Part shown: positions 25,901 to 34,567 of the stretch, piece by piece
Layout of the letters: each line of letters begins with the position of its first letter
Numbering within the stretch: the stretch's first letter is position 1
DNA from: a virus
Lineage: Duplodnaviria > Caudoviricetes
IMG/VR virus record: IMGVR_UViG_3300017707_001436
Span: 1 to 34,567 of that record
Length of the DNA stretch: 34,567 nt
Strand: one strand, 5' to 3'
Notes under the pieces: generated by a model
What the model saw: only the letters and a program-made list of their open reading frames with translations
What the model was told of the DNA's origin: nothing
Database searches by the model: none
Made by a program: the position numbers and the translations under genes

Positions 25901-28900
25901 AGCAGCGCGAGCAGATCCTGCTGGGCGCCGGCTGGAAGAAGGGCAGCCCCGCGACAACCACGCTGAAGGGCCAGGACTGGGCAAGCTTCAACGCCGCCCA
26001 GCGCCGCCGCCTGACCAATGGCATGGAAGCAGCAACCGACCCTGCCGAAGAGGCCGCAGTCGCCGCATTCGCCAAAGCCGCGCGCGAAGCGGGCATGGAG
26101 CAGGGCGAAAAGAAATCAGACCGTGACTGGTGGCTGACCAACGGTGCGCACGAATTCGAGCTGTCGATGAAGTCCACGCCAGCCGGGGCTGTCTACGATG
26201 TTCGCCATTACGAGAATGGCCCGACCGTCAACAGCAGCACCAGCGCGAAGCTGGAAGATGCGCTCAAGGATCTGGCCGGGTTCCGTGCAGAGGCCATGCC
26301 ATCCGTCGGCCCAGGCACTGCCGTTGCCGTGCGCGAGATGGAAGCCAAGGCCCGCGCCTTGCAGGCCCAGGCCCCAAACCCACGCTTGGACCCGGTGAAG
26401 GCTCGTGCCGATGCCGTGGAGTTCGTGCGCGGCGCAGGCCCTGGCGATGTGATGCCTGGCACGATGGGAGGCCGGGCCTTCCAAACGAAGCAGGGAGCTG
26501 GCGACAAGGTGCGCCCAGGCCACCTGATGGTGGATGGCTTCCAAGATCTGCAATTCAAGATTTCCGAACTGCGCCAGGCCGCCGCCCCAGCGCCAGCCCC
26601 AGAACCGCCAAAGCCCACCACCAAGGCCAAGAAGCCCAGCGCCGCGCGCCTGAAGGCTCAGGCCGACGTGATGGCCGCCCTGGCCGACCTGGGCGACATC
26701 CTGGGCAAGGGCGCGCGCATGAACATCGTGCCCGAGCAGGAGCAAAAGCTGCTGCCCGTGCTGACGCGCCTGCTTGACGCTGCATTCCGCCTGGGATATC
26801 ACAAATTCAAGGACTCAGCGAAGTTTGCACTGGACCAGATTCGCGCGAACTTGGGTGACGAGGCGGCTGAAGCACTGACCCTGGACCACCTGCAGGGCGC
26901 ATACATCGGCATGGCCGGTGGCAAGAAGGGCGCCGACACCAAGCGCGCCGTGATCGACGTGGAGACGAAGGCAGAAATTGAGGCCCATGAGGCCGAACAG
27001 GAGCAAGACGATGAACCAGCAGCACGCCCTGTGGAAGGCGATGGCGTACCAGTCCTGGCGGGAGAACAACCCGCAGATGGTGGCGCGCCTGCGCAAGGCG
27101 GGACAGTTGCAGCAGCACCTGGACCAGGCAGCAACAGCAACAGCGACGGCGATGCAGTCGCTTCGGGACGCGGGAGTGAGCCCGACGGAGGCGTGGGAGC
27201 AGGTGCGGGAGCAGTACCTGCTGCTGCCACCCGAGCCGCAGGCGGTGGAGCCGATGGAGCAGGACGACGGGGCCGCACTGTACGAGGACGTGCAGCGCGC
27301 GCTGGCGAACCTGCCGATGCCCGGCGAGAAGCAGCTGACGGCGTAGGCGAGGGCCCTGGCGACAATCCAGCCCCCAACGCGCCCATGCAGAAGGCGCCGC
27401 AGTTCCAGCCCACAGACTTCACCATCACCGATGACTTCGCACTGGGCGAGGGCGGCGAGAAGACCAAGTACCAGGCCAACGTGGACGCCATTCGGCTGCT
27501 GCAGGATCTGGAATCGGCGGGGCGCATGGCCACGCCGGCAGAGCAGCAGGTGCTGGCCCGCTACGTGGGCTGGGGCGGCCTGGCCAATGCCTTCGAGGGC
27601 GGCAATTCCGCATGGAGCCGCGAGCAGGCAGAACTGAAGGCGCTGCTGCCGGCCGACGACTATGCGGCCGCTGCGCGCAGCACGCGCTACGCCCACTACA
27701 CCAGTCGGGAAGTCATCCAGGACGGCATCTATGCCGCGCTGGAGCGCTTTGGCTTCACTGGCGGCAAGGTGCTCGAGGGCGGGGCCGGCGTGGGCAACTT
27801 CATCGGCCTGATGCCTGACACCATGCGCACGGCAGGCCGCGTGACGGCCGTTGAGCGCGAGCCGATCGCGGCTGGTATCGCCAAGCAGCTCTACCCGCAG
27901 CAGAACGTGGTGCAAGAGGACTTCACCCGCTTCCAGGGCACGGACGACTACTACGATGCGGCCGTGGGCAACCCACCGTTCGCCAGCGACACGCAGACCG
28001 ACCAGTCAGGCCGCAAGCACCTGAACGGCCTGAGCCTGCACAACTACTTCTTTGCCAAGGAGGTGGACATGCTGCGCGAGGGCGGCGTGCTGGCCCAGGT
28101 GGTCACGAATTCCTTCCTGGACTCGAAGGGCGACGCCGCGCGCCGCTACATCAGCGACCGCACGAAGCTGCTGGGCGCCATCCGCCTGCCCAACAACGCA
28201 TTCAGCAAGAACGCCGGTACCGAGGTCACCACCGACCTGATTTTCCTGCAGAAGCGCCCCGAATCCGAGTGGGGCGGCCGTGCAGCGCGCGCCGAGGCCC
28301 GCCAGTGGCAGGGCATCGGCGCCTACACCGACAAGAACGGCCAGGACGTGGCCCTCAATCAGTATTTCATCGACCACCCCGAGATGATGCTGGGCGACTT
28401 TGGTGCGTTCGGTACCATGTACCGCAAGGGCAGCACCGCCCTGGTGGCGCGCGAAGGCCAGGACACGGGCGCCATGCTGAAGGAGGCCGTGGGCCGCCTG
28501 CCACAGGGCATCTACCAGAGCGCGGCCGTGCAGGGCACCACTGACCAGGTGAACGCCGCCATCGTGGCGCTGCGCAACCCACCAGTGAGCGAAGGTGGGT
28601 TCTTCGAGGAAGACGGCAAGCTGGTGCGCCGCGAGCCCGACCTGGGCGGCGAGGCGCGCGGTACCGTCCTCACGCCGGAAACCCAGTGGACCGAGAAAAC
28701 GAAGTTGGGCGATGCCGGGTTTGCCCGAATTCAAGGCCTGTCGCGCATGCGCACCGCCCTGCGCGGCCTGATCGCCGCCGAGATGGCCAACGACGACGCC
28801 GGCATGGGCCGTCTGCGCGCCGAGCTGAATCAGCAGTACGACGCCTTCACCGCGACGCATGGCCTGGTAAACGACCCAGCCAACGCGCGTGTGTTCGATG

Positions 28901-31900
28901 ACGATCCTGATTACCCGCTGCTTGCCAGCCTGGAGCACGGCTATGTCCCGGCCATCGGCCCGGCCGCAGCGAAGTCGGCAGGCATCAAGCCGGTGAAATC
29001 CACCGCCACAAAGGCCCCCATCTTCAGCCGCCGTGTGGTGGCCGAGCGCAAGGCCGTCACCAAGGTGCAGAGCCCTGCCGACGCGCTGGCAGTCTCCATG
29101 GCCGAGCGCGGCCGGCTGGACACCGACTACATCGGGCAGCTGCTGGGCAAAGACCCGGAGGAAACGCTGCACGACCTGACCACGGGCGAAAAGCCCCTGC
29201 TCTTCAAAGACCCTGGCACGGGCGAATACGTGCTGCGCGACGCCTACCTGTCGGGCAACGTGCGCGCCAAGCTGGAAACGGCCAAGCAGGCCGGCATGTT
29301 CACCAACGTGAAGGCCCTGGAGGCCGTGCAGCCCGCCGATGTGGGTGCGCACGAAATCGTGGCCCGCGTGGGATCGCCATGGGTGCCAGAGAGCGTCTAC
29401 GAGGACTTCGCCAAGGAGCTTTTCGGCGACGGCACGACCGCCACCGTTCGCTACACCAAGGCCAACAGCTCGTACAGCGTGTATGTGAAGGCCGGCAACC
29501 AGGTGGCGAACGGCAACACCTGGGGCACGACCGACTACGCCGGTACCGAGCTTCTGGCGGCCCTGCTGAATAACCGCACGATCAAGGTCACCACCAAGGG
29601 CGCCGACGGCAAGACCGTGCTGCTGCCCGAAGCCACCGAGGCAGCCAACATCAAGGCCCAGGACATCCGCAAAAAGTTCGGGGACTGGCTTTTCACTGAT
29701 GCCGATCGCTCCGAGCTGCTGGTGCGCTCGTACAACGACACCAACAACAACTACGTGGTGCGCAACTACGATGGCGCCTTCATGGAGTTCCCCGGCAAGG
29801 TGCCCGACGACGTGATCCGCTTCCGCCGCCACCAGCGCGATGCAATCAGCCGCATCGTGCAGGACCGCACGGCGCTGCTCGACCACGAGGTGGGCGCCGG
29901 CAAGACGTTCACGGTGATCGCCGGCATGATGGAGCTGAAGCGCACGGGCCTGGCCAACAAGCCCATGGTCATCGTGCCCAACCACCTGGTGAAGCAGTGG
30001 GCGGCCGATTGGTACCGCCTGTACCCCGGCGCCAACATCCTGACCGCCACCAAAAAGGACTTCGAGAAGAGCAACCGCCGCCGCTTCCTGGGCAAGATCG
30101 CCACCGGCGACTGGGATGCTGTGGTGATGGCGCACAGCTCTTTCGGCTTCATCAAGCCCGCACCAGAGTTTGAAGCGCAGTTCAATGAAAAGCAGATCGC
30201 GCTGATCGTGGACGCCATCAAGGCAGTGGACGAAGCCGACGGCGACGCATCGAGCAAGAAGCGCACGGTGAAGCAGCTCGAGGGCCTAAAGGAGCGACTG
30301 GAGAACCGGATCAAGGGCCTGCGCGACAAGCCCATGGATGCCCTGCTGGACTTCGAGCAGCTGGGTGTGGACCAGCTGGCAGTGGACGAAGCCCACCTGT
30401 TCAAGAACCTGATGTTCAGCACCAAGCTGCAGAACGTGCAGGGCCTGGGCGACTCGTCGGGCAGCCAGCGCGCCTATGACCTGTTCGTGAAGGCCAACCA
30501 GCTCTACGCCAAGAACGGCCGGGGCCAGGGCGTGGTGTTCGCCACGGGCACGCCGGTCAGCAACTCGCTGGCCGAGATGTACCACATGATGCGGTACCTG
30601 ATGCCTGCGCAGATGGAAGAGCTGGGATTCCAGTCCTTCGACGCCTGGGCCAACACCTTCGCCAGCGTGGAGCAGGTGTGGATGCAAAAGCCAAGCGGCG
30701 ACGGCTTCAAGGCCTCCAACCGCATGAGCAACTTCGTGAACACCCCGGAGCTGCTGCATATGTTCGACCAGGTGTCGGACACCGTGACCATGGCCGACAT
30801 CAAGCGCGCCTACAGCGAAGAGAACGGCGGCAAGGAATTCCCCATTCCACCGCTCAAGACCGGGCGCCGCCAGCCTATCTCCCTCAAGAAGTCGCCGGCG
30901 CAGGAAGCCTACATGGAGGTGCTGGCCGAGCGCGCCAAGGCCGTGGAAGAGCGCAAGGGCCCGCCGAAGAAGGGCGAGGACAACGTGCTGGTCATCATGT
31001 CCGACGGCCGCAAGGCCGCCATGGACATCCGCCTGGTAGACCTGGACGCCACCGAGCGCGAGCCAGGTGGGCGCATCGACCGGGCCGCCGATGAGGCAAT
31101 GGCGCGGTACCGCCAGTACGACGCGGTGAAGGGCACCCAGCTCTTCTTCTCCGACCTGGGCACGCCCCTGAAGCAGGCCCGCGCCGAGCTGAAGGAATAC
31201 GAGGCATTGAAGGCCCGCGTGGACGCTGTGGACGAAGACACGGTGTCCATGGCATCGCTGGGCAATGAGGCGGCGCAGGACCGCGTGGACGATGCCGAAT
31301 TGGCCCAGGCCGAAATGGATAGCAAGGGCCGGGACTGGCTGGACGCCGTGCGGGCCGCCATGCGCGGCTTCAGCGTGTACGACGATTTGAAGGCCGCGCT
31401 GATCGAGCGCGGCGTGCCAGAGCGCGAAATCGCGTTCATCCACGACTACAACACCGACGAGCAGAAGGCCACGCTCTTCCGCAAAGTGAATGCTGGCGAT
31501 ATCCGCTTTGTTGTCGGGTCCACCCAGAAAATGGGCGCGGGCACCAACGTGCAGGAGCGCGTGGTGGCCGAGCACCACCTGGACGTGCCATGGCGCCCGT
31601 CTGATATCGAGCAGCGCGAGGGCCGGGTGATCCGCCAGGGCAACAAGCTGCTGAACGAAATCCCCGGCTTCGAGGTGGAAGTGCTGGCCTACGTGACCCA
31701 GGACACCCTGGACATGCGCATGTGGCAGGTGCAAGAGACGAAGCTGAAGATGATTAATCAGCTGCGCTCGCGCCAGATCGCCCGCGAGGTCGACAACGGT
31801 TTTGAGGAAATGGAAATGTCGGCCAGCGAGATGCAGGCCGCAGCCACGGGCAACCCGGATCTGCTCACGGAAATCCAGCTCAAGAGCGAAGTCAAGCGCC

Positions 31901-34567
31901 TGGAAAACCGCAAGCGCTCCTTCGACGCGCAGCAGTCCGACCTGCAGAACCGCCGCAAGCGCAACGCACGCGACCTGAGCGAACTGCCCGCGCGCATCGA
32001 GCAGGGCCGCGGCGCCGCCGACGCAGCGCAGGCCTACAAGGACAGCCTGGCCGGCCGCTTCGATGGCTGGAAGGCCAGCATTGACGGGAAGGAATACACC
32101 GACCCGACCGAGGCGCAGACCTACCTGCGCGAATCGCTGGAGGCCGCCCACGAGCCCAGCGGCGAAGACGGCAAGGTCGGCAAGGCCCTGCCCATCCGCA
32201 TCGTGCTCAACGGCGAGGTGTTCACCAACCGCAAGGATCTGACCGACACCTTCAAAGCGTTGACCGGGGACCGGTACCCCATCGCGTGGGAGGTTGACGG
32301 GAAGCGCCTGATTGAGCGCTCCAAGATCGCTACGGCCATCCGCCAGGCCATCACCGATGCTGTGGTCGAAGAAACCGCCAAGCCGGTGGGCACCATCGGG
32401 GGCTTCGCCATCACGGTGGAGCCCGCCGAAGACCGCATGGGTAACGTGCTGCTGGACATCACCGCCACGAATGGCGATGTGTCGCTGACCGGCGAAGTCA
32501 CCGTGGGCCAGAAGAAGCGGGGCCAAGAAGTGGAGGCCGCTGCCGTCTACATGGCCGGCGAGCGCGTCATCCAGAAGGTGGAGGGCATGCTGGACAGCGC
32601 CCCACGCCAACTGCGCTACGACCAAGAAGAGCTGGAGCGCGCCCAGCGCACCGCCAAGGAGCTGGAATCGACGGCGGCGGCCACGGAATGGGCCGACGCC
32701 GGGAAACTAGCCGAAGCCCGCAAAAAGCACCAGGAAATCCTGGGCCGCCTGGCCAAGGCAAAGAAGCCGGCCGCTGCTGCAGCGCCAGAAGCGGGCACCG
32801 GCGAGGACTTCGCAGCCAAGACCAGCGCCAGCGGCATCGGCACCCCGACCGATCGCGCCGTCATGGGCCTGACCCGGGCTGGTGCGAGCACGCAGGACGT
32901 GCTCAAGATGATCGCGGGCACCAGCCGCACGCTGCAGAACAAGCGCCTGGCAGAAGCCCTCATCAAGTCGGGCATCAACCCCAAGGTGGAATTCGGCGCG
33001 CTGGGTGGTGGCGACGGCTTCAAGGTGGTGGCCAACTACAACCGCAACACCGACACCATCACCTTCACAGAATATGCCCGCTCGCAGGCCGAGCAGACAT
33101 TCCTGCATGAGGCTGTGCACGCCGCCACGGTGCAGGCGCTGCACCGCAAGGGCCTGGCATCCATCCAGATGCAGAACCTGTACCAGCACGTCATGGGCCA
33201 GGATGCCGCTGTCAACCAGTACGGCATGAAGAACGTGCGCGAGTTCGTGGCCGAGGCCTTCACGAACCCCGAGTTCCAGGCCGCGCTGAAGGGCATCAAC
33301 GCCCCACGCGGCAGCAGCCTGCGCAACGCCTGGGATGCCTTTGTGCGCATCGTGCGCGACATCCTGGGGCTGACGAACGATGACCCCACCCCGGGCAAGA
33401 GCGTGCTGGACGAAGTGATGCGCGCTGGCGCCAGCCTCATGCGGGAAAACGCGGAGCTGACCGGCCAGGGCAACCCGGACGCGGACATTTCTTTCGCCCG
33501 CGAGCAGGATGCCACCGACAACTTCGAGTTGCCGGACCTGCGCACGCTCAAGGCCACCGGCCTGAACGAACTGCAGCAGACCCTGACGCACGCCGGCAAG
33601 GTCAGCGTTTGGGACAAGACCGTGGGCACCATGCGCAACCTGGCCGAGCGCCAGCCGCTCTTCCGCCCGGTGTTCGACGCCGCGCAGCGCTTCATTGACG
33701 ACGTGGCCATGCTGGCCAACGACGCGGCCGACTTCGCGCCGCGCCTGCTGCCGCGCGTGGAATCCTGGCGCGACCTGACCAAGAAGCCCATCAGCGCCGA
33801 GGACAACAAGGCGATTGCCCGGCCGCTCTTCGAGGGCACGCTGATGTGGGCCCGCGACGTGGACGGCTCTGCGGTGCTGGTGGATGACCTGCAGGGCAAG
33901 TACCAGAACCTGCCGACGGCCGACAAGGCGCAGTTGCTGCTCAAGGCCGGCCGCCTGGACCCCCAGGTGCTGCGCATGTGGCAGGGCCTGCCGGTGGCCC
34001 AATTCGACAGCATCATTAACGCGCAATTCAATAGCAAGATGTTGAAGCCAGGCGTGGTTTGGAGCGATAAAGAGCTGTCGGAAATCTTCAAGGCCACGCC
34101 CGGCCAGATCAGCCTGTACCGCGAGGCCCGCGCCGGCATCGACCGCTCGCTGGACATGACCAGCCGCACGGACATGCTGCGCTTGATCGGCCAGGACTAC
34201 GCCGCCATGCGCGACGCCGTGCTGGAGGTGCCCACGCTGGCCGACGCGCGCGACCTGATTACCGACACGCTAATGCAGGACGCCCGGGCAAACCCTGAGC
34301 AATCCGAACGCCTGACCGCCATGAACAACGCGGTGGTCGACCGCTACGAGAAGGCCACGGCCCTGATGGCCGAGGGCTACGCGCCGCTGTCGCGCTTCGG
34401 GCGCTACACCGTGGACGTGGTGGACCAGGCCGGCGAGCGCCAGTATTTCGGCATGTTCGAGTCCATGCGCGAGGCCAACCAGATGGCCCTGCAGATGCGC
34501 AGCGTGTTCCCTGGCTCCACGGTCACGTCGGGCACCATGAGCGCGGAGGCCTACAAGCTCTTCAGCG
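22909..34567 (+). CDS. Giant polyvalent virion-cargo protein, 3'-partial (>3,880 aa): pyrophosphatase-like, N6-adenine methyltransferase, SNF2 helicase (DarB-like), zincin, PLxRFG
   Basis: ATG 22909, 3 nt after the upstream stop. I met no stop in the stretches I translated and the track lists no closed ORF in this frame. Motifs: ISIENPAG...HYGYIRGSVGADKDHVDVF...DEHKV (~25050-25490); VLEGGAGVGNF (27769) and NPPF (27970); GAGKT (29893), DEAH (30385), ATGTP (30541), EQREGRVIRQGN (~31610); HEAVH (33106) plus EFVAEAFTNPEF; PLSRFG (34384). Confidence 0.92.
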   Translation, partial: MAETWGENDKPAPTESWGTGDKEVRQDPPARGLKGWVGDAAATAIRGAIGVPEAIVGIADIPTGGAVGQFLENKDGAVGFRPKQAREAVSEMLDSEATKQQNEDFQKADGFIDKAKVAIQNPSMIARGIGESVPSMLAGGVAARGIQALSKVGPVVAGALGEGVVAAGSSAEQIRQETEDGRLTPTQAALAGATGAATSVLGAAGGAAARRMGLGDVDTMLAQGATGVARQNADDAARAATNPLTQKAAKSIPRSVVEGAVAEGLLEELPQSMAEQIFQNLALEKDWLQDVDAAAVMGILTGGAMGGGAAGYSAATRPSANAEDIARAQGERAAGEQAQQAQANAGTERVRQAFLARLSELEQQEGGEAAVPQTTPPDGAAALAQQTAAAEAERQAGIDASRAVTTPDDEILQSTGADVPPSVRMGLDPAAGTMSAAAALAVDTGVTDGMQQQAQAAQQQEEAAAGAEQAVKEQDKQAQAALKQQQTAERDRERSAVAGQKRIDMTTGELLEPETIQNWTAQQLSDTYRSAQNPKVRTELRKELMRRRIAGLKEQSTTGESSANEADQAQQGSAQQAQGRAAQEPAGAAQGEPQPASPAAGAAIDGAPAVRALTDGTPTANAGAQEAPAPGPQGAPDDAARATAAGEAWTRMPTTDRQGVAARLADLIPNVARRKNLHRLNWDTLSQRERTAIADLVEPRAAAPVVEAAAAEAATSPLNDLPEPTDAQKEAGNYKKGHARVNGLDISIENPAGTRRRPEWPELKDHYGYIRGSVGADKDHVDVFMTDRAEDPALPVFVVDQVNADGSYDEHKVIMGTASEAEARDTYLRNYAPGWTGLSGITQMTQDEFKAWVRDPAKTRARLSPVPQAADAGNMQAPAPAPATAAPRRTQPGEPGYTLLNARNDLMELRAQESNQGRVSDDRLGQRIASMEKLVGDMERLEDAQRRSAAGDAGAKAIIQPAIDLLQKDIAAQSEATNSGPVATSVEPADRWTNATPEQREQILLGAGWKKGSPATTTLKGQDWASFNAAQRRRLTNGMEAATDPAEEAAVAAFAKAAREAGMEQGEKKSDRDWWLTNGAHEFELSMKSTPAGAVYDVRHYENGPTVNSSTSAKLEDALKDLAGFRAEAMPSVGPGTAVAVREMEAKARALQAQAPNPRLDPVKARADAVEFVRGAGPGDVMPGTMGGRAFQTKQGAGDKVRPGHLMVDGFQDLQFKISELRQAAAPAPAPEPPKPTTKAKKPSAARLKAQADVMAALADLGDILGKGARMNIVPEQEQKLLPVLTRLLDAAFRLGYHKFKDSAKFALDQIRANLGDEAAEALTLDHLQGAYIGMAGGKKGADTKRAVIDVETKAEIEAHEAEQEQDDEPAARPVEGDGVPVLAGEQPADGGAPAQGGTVAAAPGPGSNSNSDGDAVASGRGSEPDGGVGAGAGAVPAAATRAAGGGADGAGRRGRTVRGRAARAGEPADARREAADGVGEGPGDNPAPNAPMQKAPQFQPTDFTITDDFALGEGGEKTKYQANVDAIRLLQDLESAGRMATPAEQQVLARYVGWGGLANAFEGGNSAWSREQAELKALLPADDYAAAARSTRYAHYTSREVIQDGIYAALERFGFTGGKVLEGGAGVGNFIGLMPDTMRTAGRVTAVEREPIAAGIAKQLYPQQNVVQEDFTRFQGTDDYYDAAVGNPPFASDTQTDQSGRKHLNGLSLHNYFFAKEVDMLREGGVLAQVVTNSFLDSKGDAARRYISDRTKLLGAIRLPNNAFSKNAGTEVTTDLIFLQKRPESEWGGRAARAEARQWQGIGAYTDKNGQDVALNQYFIDHPEMMLGDFGAFGTMYRKGSTALVAREGQDTGAMLKEAVGRLPQGIYQSAAVQGTTDQVNAAIVALRNPPVSEGGFFEEDGKLVRREPDLGGEARGTVLTPETQWTEKTKLGDAGFARIQGLSRMRTALRGLIAAEMANDDAGMGRLRAELNQQYDAFTATHGLVNDPANARVFDDDPDYPLLASLEHGYVPAIGPAAAKSAGIKPVKSTATKAPIFSRRVVAERKAVTKVQSPADALAVSMAERGRLDTDYIGQLLGKDPEETLHDLTTGEKPLLFKDPGTGEYVLRDAYLSGNVRAKLETAKQAGMFTNVKALEAVQPADVGAHEIVARVGSPWVPESVYEDFAKELFGDGTTATVRYTKANSSYSVYVKAGNQVANGNTWGTTDYAGTELLAALLNNRTIKVTTKGADGKTVLLPEATEAANIKAQDIRKKFGDWLFTDADRSELLVRSYNDTNNNYVVRNYDGAFMEFPGKVPDDVIRFRRHQRDAISRIVQDRTALLDHEVGAGKTFTVIAGMMELKRTGLANKPMVIVPNHLVKQWAADWYRLYPGANILTATKKDFEKSNRRRFLGKIATGDWDAVVMAHSSFGFIKPAPEFEAQFNEKQIALIVDAIKAVDEADGDASSKKRTVKQLEGLKERLENRIKGLRDKPMDALLDFEQLGVDQLAVDEAHLFKNLMFSTKLQNVQGLGDSSGSQRAYDLFVKANQLYAKNGRGQGVVFATGTPVSNSLAEMYHMMRYLMPAQMEELGFQSFDAWANTFASVEQVWMQKPSGDGFKASNRMSNFVNTPELLHMFDQVSDTVTMADIKRAYSEENGGKEFPIPPLKTGRRQPISLKKSPAQEAYMEVLAERAKAVEERKGPPKKGEDNVLVIMSDGRKAAMDIRLVDLDATEREPGGRIDRAADEAMARYRQYDAVKGTQLFFSDLGTPLKQARAELKEYEALKARVDAVDEDTVSMASLGNEAAQDRVDDAELAQAEMDSKGRDWLDAVRAAMRGFSVYDDLKAALIERGVPEREIAFIHDYNTDEQKATLFRKVNAGDIRFVVGSTQKMGAGTNVQERVVAEHHLDVPWRPSDIEQREGRVIRQGNKLLNEIPGFEVEVLAYVTQDTLDMRMWQVQETKLKMINQLRSRQIAREVDNGFEEMEMSASEMQAAATGNPDLLTEIQLKSEVKRLENRKRSFDAQQSDLQNRRKRNARDLSELPARIEQGRGAADAAQAYKDSLAGRFDGWKASIDGKEYTDPTEAQTYLRESLEAAHEPSGEDGKVGKALPIRIVLNGEVFTNRKDLTDTFKALTGDRYPIAWEVDGKRLIERSKIATAIRQAITDAVVEETAKPVGTIGGFAITVEPAEDRMGNVLLDITATNGDVSLTGEVTVGQKKRGQEVEAAAVYMAGERVIQKVEGMLDSAPRQLRYDQEELERAQRTAKELESTAAATEWADAGKLAEARKKHQEILGRLAKAKKPAAAAAPEAGTGEDFAAKTSASGIGTPTDRAVMGLTRAGASTQDVLKMIAGTSRTLQNKRLAEALIKSGINPKVEFGALGGGDGFKVVANYNRNTDTITFTEYARSQAEQTFLHEAVHAATVQALHRKGLASIQMQNLYQHVMGQDAAVNQYGMKNVREFVAEAFTNPEFQAALKGINAPRGSSLRNAWDAFVRIVRDILGLTNDDPTPGKSVLDEVMRAGASLMRENAELTGQGNPDADISFAREQDATDNFELPDLRTLKATGLNELQQTLTHAGKVSVWDKTVGTMRNLAERQPLFRPVFDAAQRFIDDVAMLANDAADFAPRLLPRVESWRDLTKKPISAEDNKAIARPLFEGTLMWARDVDGSAVLVDDLQGKYQNLPTADKAQLLLKAGRLDPQVLRMWQGLPVAQFDSIINAQFNSKMLKPGVVWSDKELSEIFKATPGQISLYREARAGIDRSLDMTSRTDMLRLIGQDYAAMRDAVLEVPTLADARDLITDTLMQDARANPEQSERLTAMNNAVVDRYEKATALMAEGYAPLSRFGRYTVDVVDQAGERQYFGMFESMREANQMALQMRSVFPGSTVTSGTMSAEAYKLFS
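24593..24748 (+). CDS. Nested +1-frame basic peptide (51 aa) inside the giant gene
   Basis: AGGAGA 5 nt before GTG; MPTKPIKPSKEARNKRKAEQRKNPQELRKASLNQQAQQQAQPLMAHQQFGH uses preferred G/C-ending codons while the main frame switches to A/T-ending codons. Confidence 0.55.
   Translation: MPTKPIKPSKEARNKRKAEQRKNPQELRKASLNQQAQQQAQPLMAHQQFGH
27011..27346 (+). CDS. Nested +1-frame helical protein (111 aa) inside the giant gene, immediately before the methyltransferase domain
   Basis: AGGAG 7 nt before ATG; globular-looking sequence MNQQHALWKAMAYQSWRENNPQMVARLRKAGQLQQHL...EAWEQVREQYLLLPPE; codon bias moves to this frame across the ORF. Confidence 0.78.
   Translation: MNQQHALWKAMAYQSWRENNPQMVARLRKAGQLQQHLDQAATATATAMQSLRDAGVSPTEAWEQVREQYLLLPPEPQAVEPMEQDDGAALYEDVQRALANLPMPGEKQLTA

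Noticed and set aside
25736-26777. Further alternative-frame ORFs inside the giant gene (25736-25966, 26130-26777, 26198-26398)
   Set aside because: No convincing RBS, low-complexity R/P/A translations, and the main frame still reads as a normal protein, unlike the 24593 and 27011 cases.
491-34175. Many long minus-strand ORFs (e.g. 1071-2858, 2903-5197, 10976-13345, 17513-20191, 21388-24477, 28006-30135, 30286-32625)
   Set aside because: Antisense shadows of GC3-biased + strand genes; translations are H/V/G/L-rich with no recognisable motifs.
1-34567. CRISPR array, diversity-generating retroelement, integrase, IS element, lysis cassette
   Set aside because: No repeat-spacer array, reverse transcriptase, recombinase/transposase or holin/endolysin motifs were recognised in this window.

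Overview
GC-rich late (packaging and morphogenesis) region of a short-tailed, P22/N4-like dsDNA phage or prophage. The host is probably a betaproteobacterium (inference). All credible genes are on the + strand. Gene order: terS, terL, portal, an accessory island (small ORFs, three atypical tRNAs for Glu/Cys/His, a DUF2158-like ORF, a secreted surface-protein-like fragment), scaffold, N4-gp56-type major capsid, head/neck/tail genes, a putative ejection protein, and a giant gene. The giant gene is absent from the ORF track because it has no stop in the window (22909 to the end, more than 3,880 codons). It is a polyvalent protein with pyrophosphatase-like, adenine methyltransferase + SNF2 helicase (DarB-like), HExxH zincin and PLxRFG modules. 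Most notable: (1) small RBS-equipped genes overprinted in the +1 frame inside linkers of the giant gene, one directly before the methyltransferase; (2) a four-copy bipartite promoter motif CCNGYATAGGG-N23/24-(-10-like hexamer); (3) a structured leader before the scaffold/capsid genes that partly resembles a c-di-GMP-I riboswitch and has a competing fold; (4) a small protein ending in a ribonucleotide-reductase-like Cys tail. No integrase, lysis or replication genes were seen. Family names are from motif recognition by eye, not database searches.
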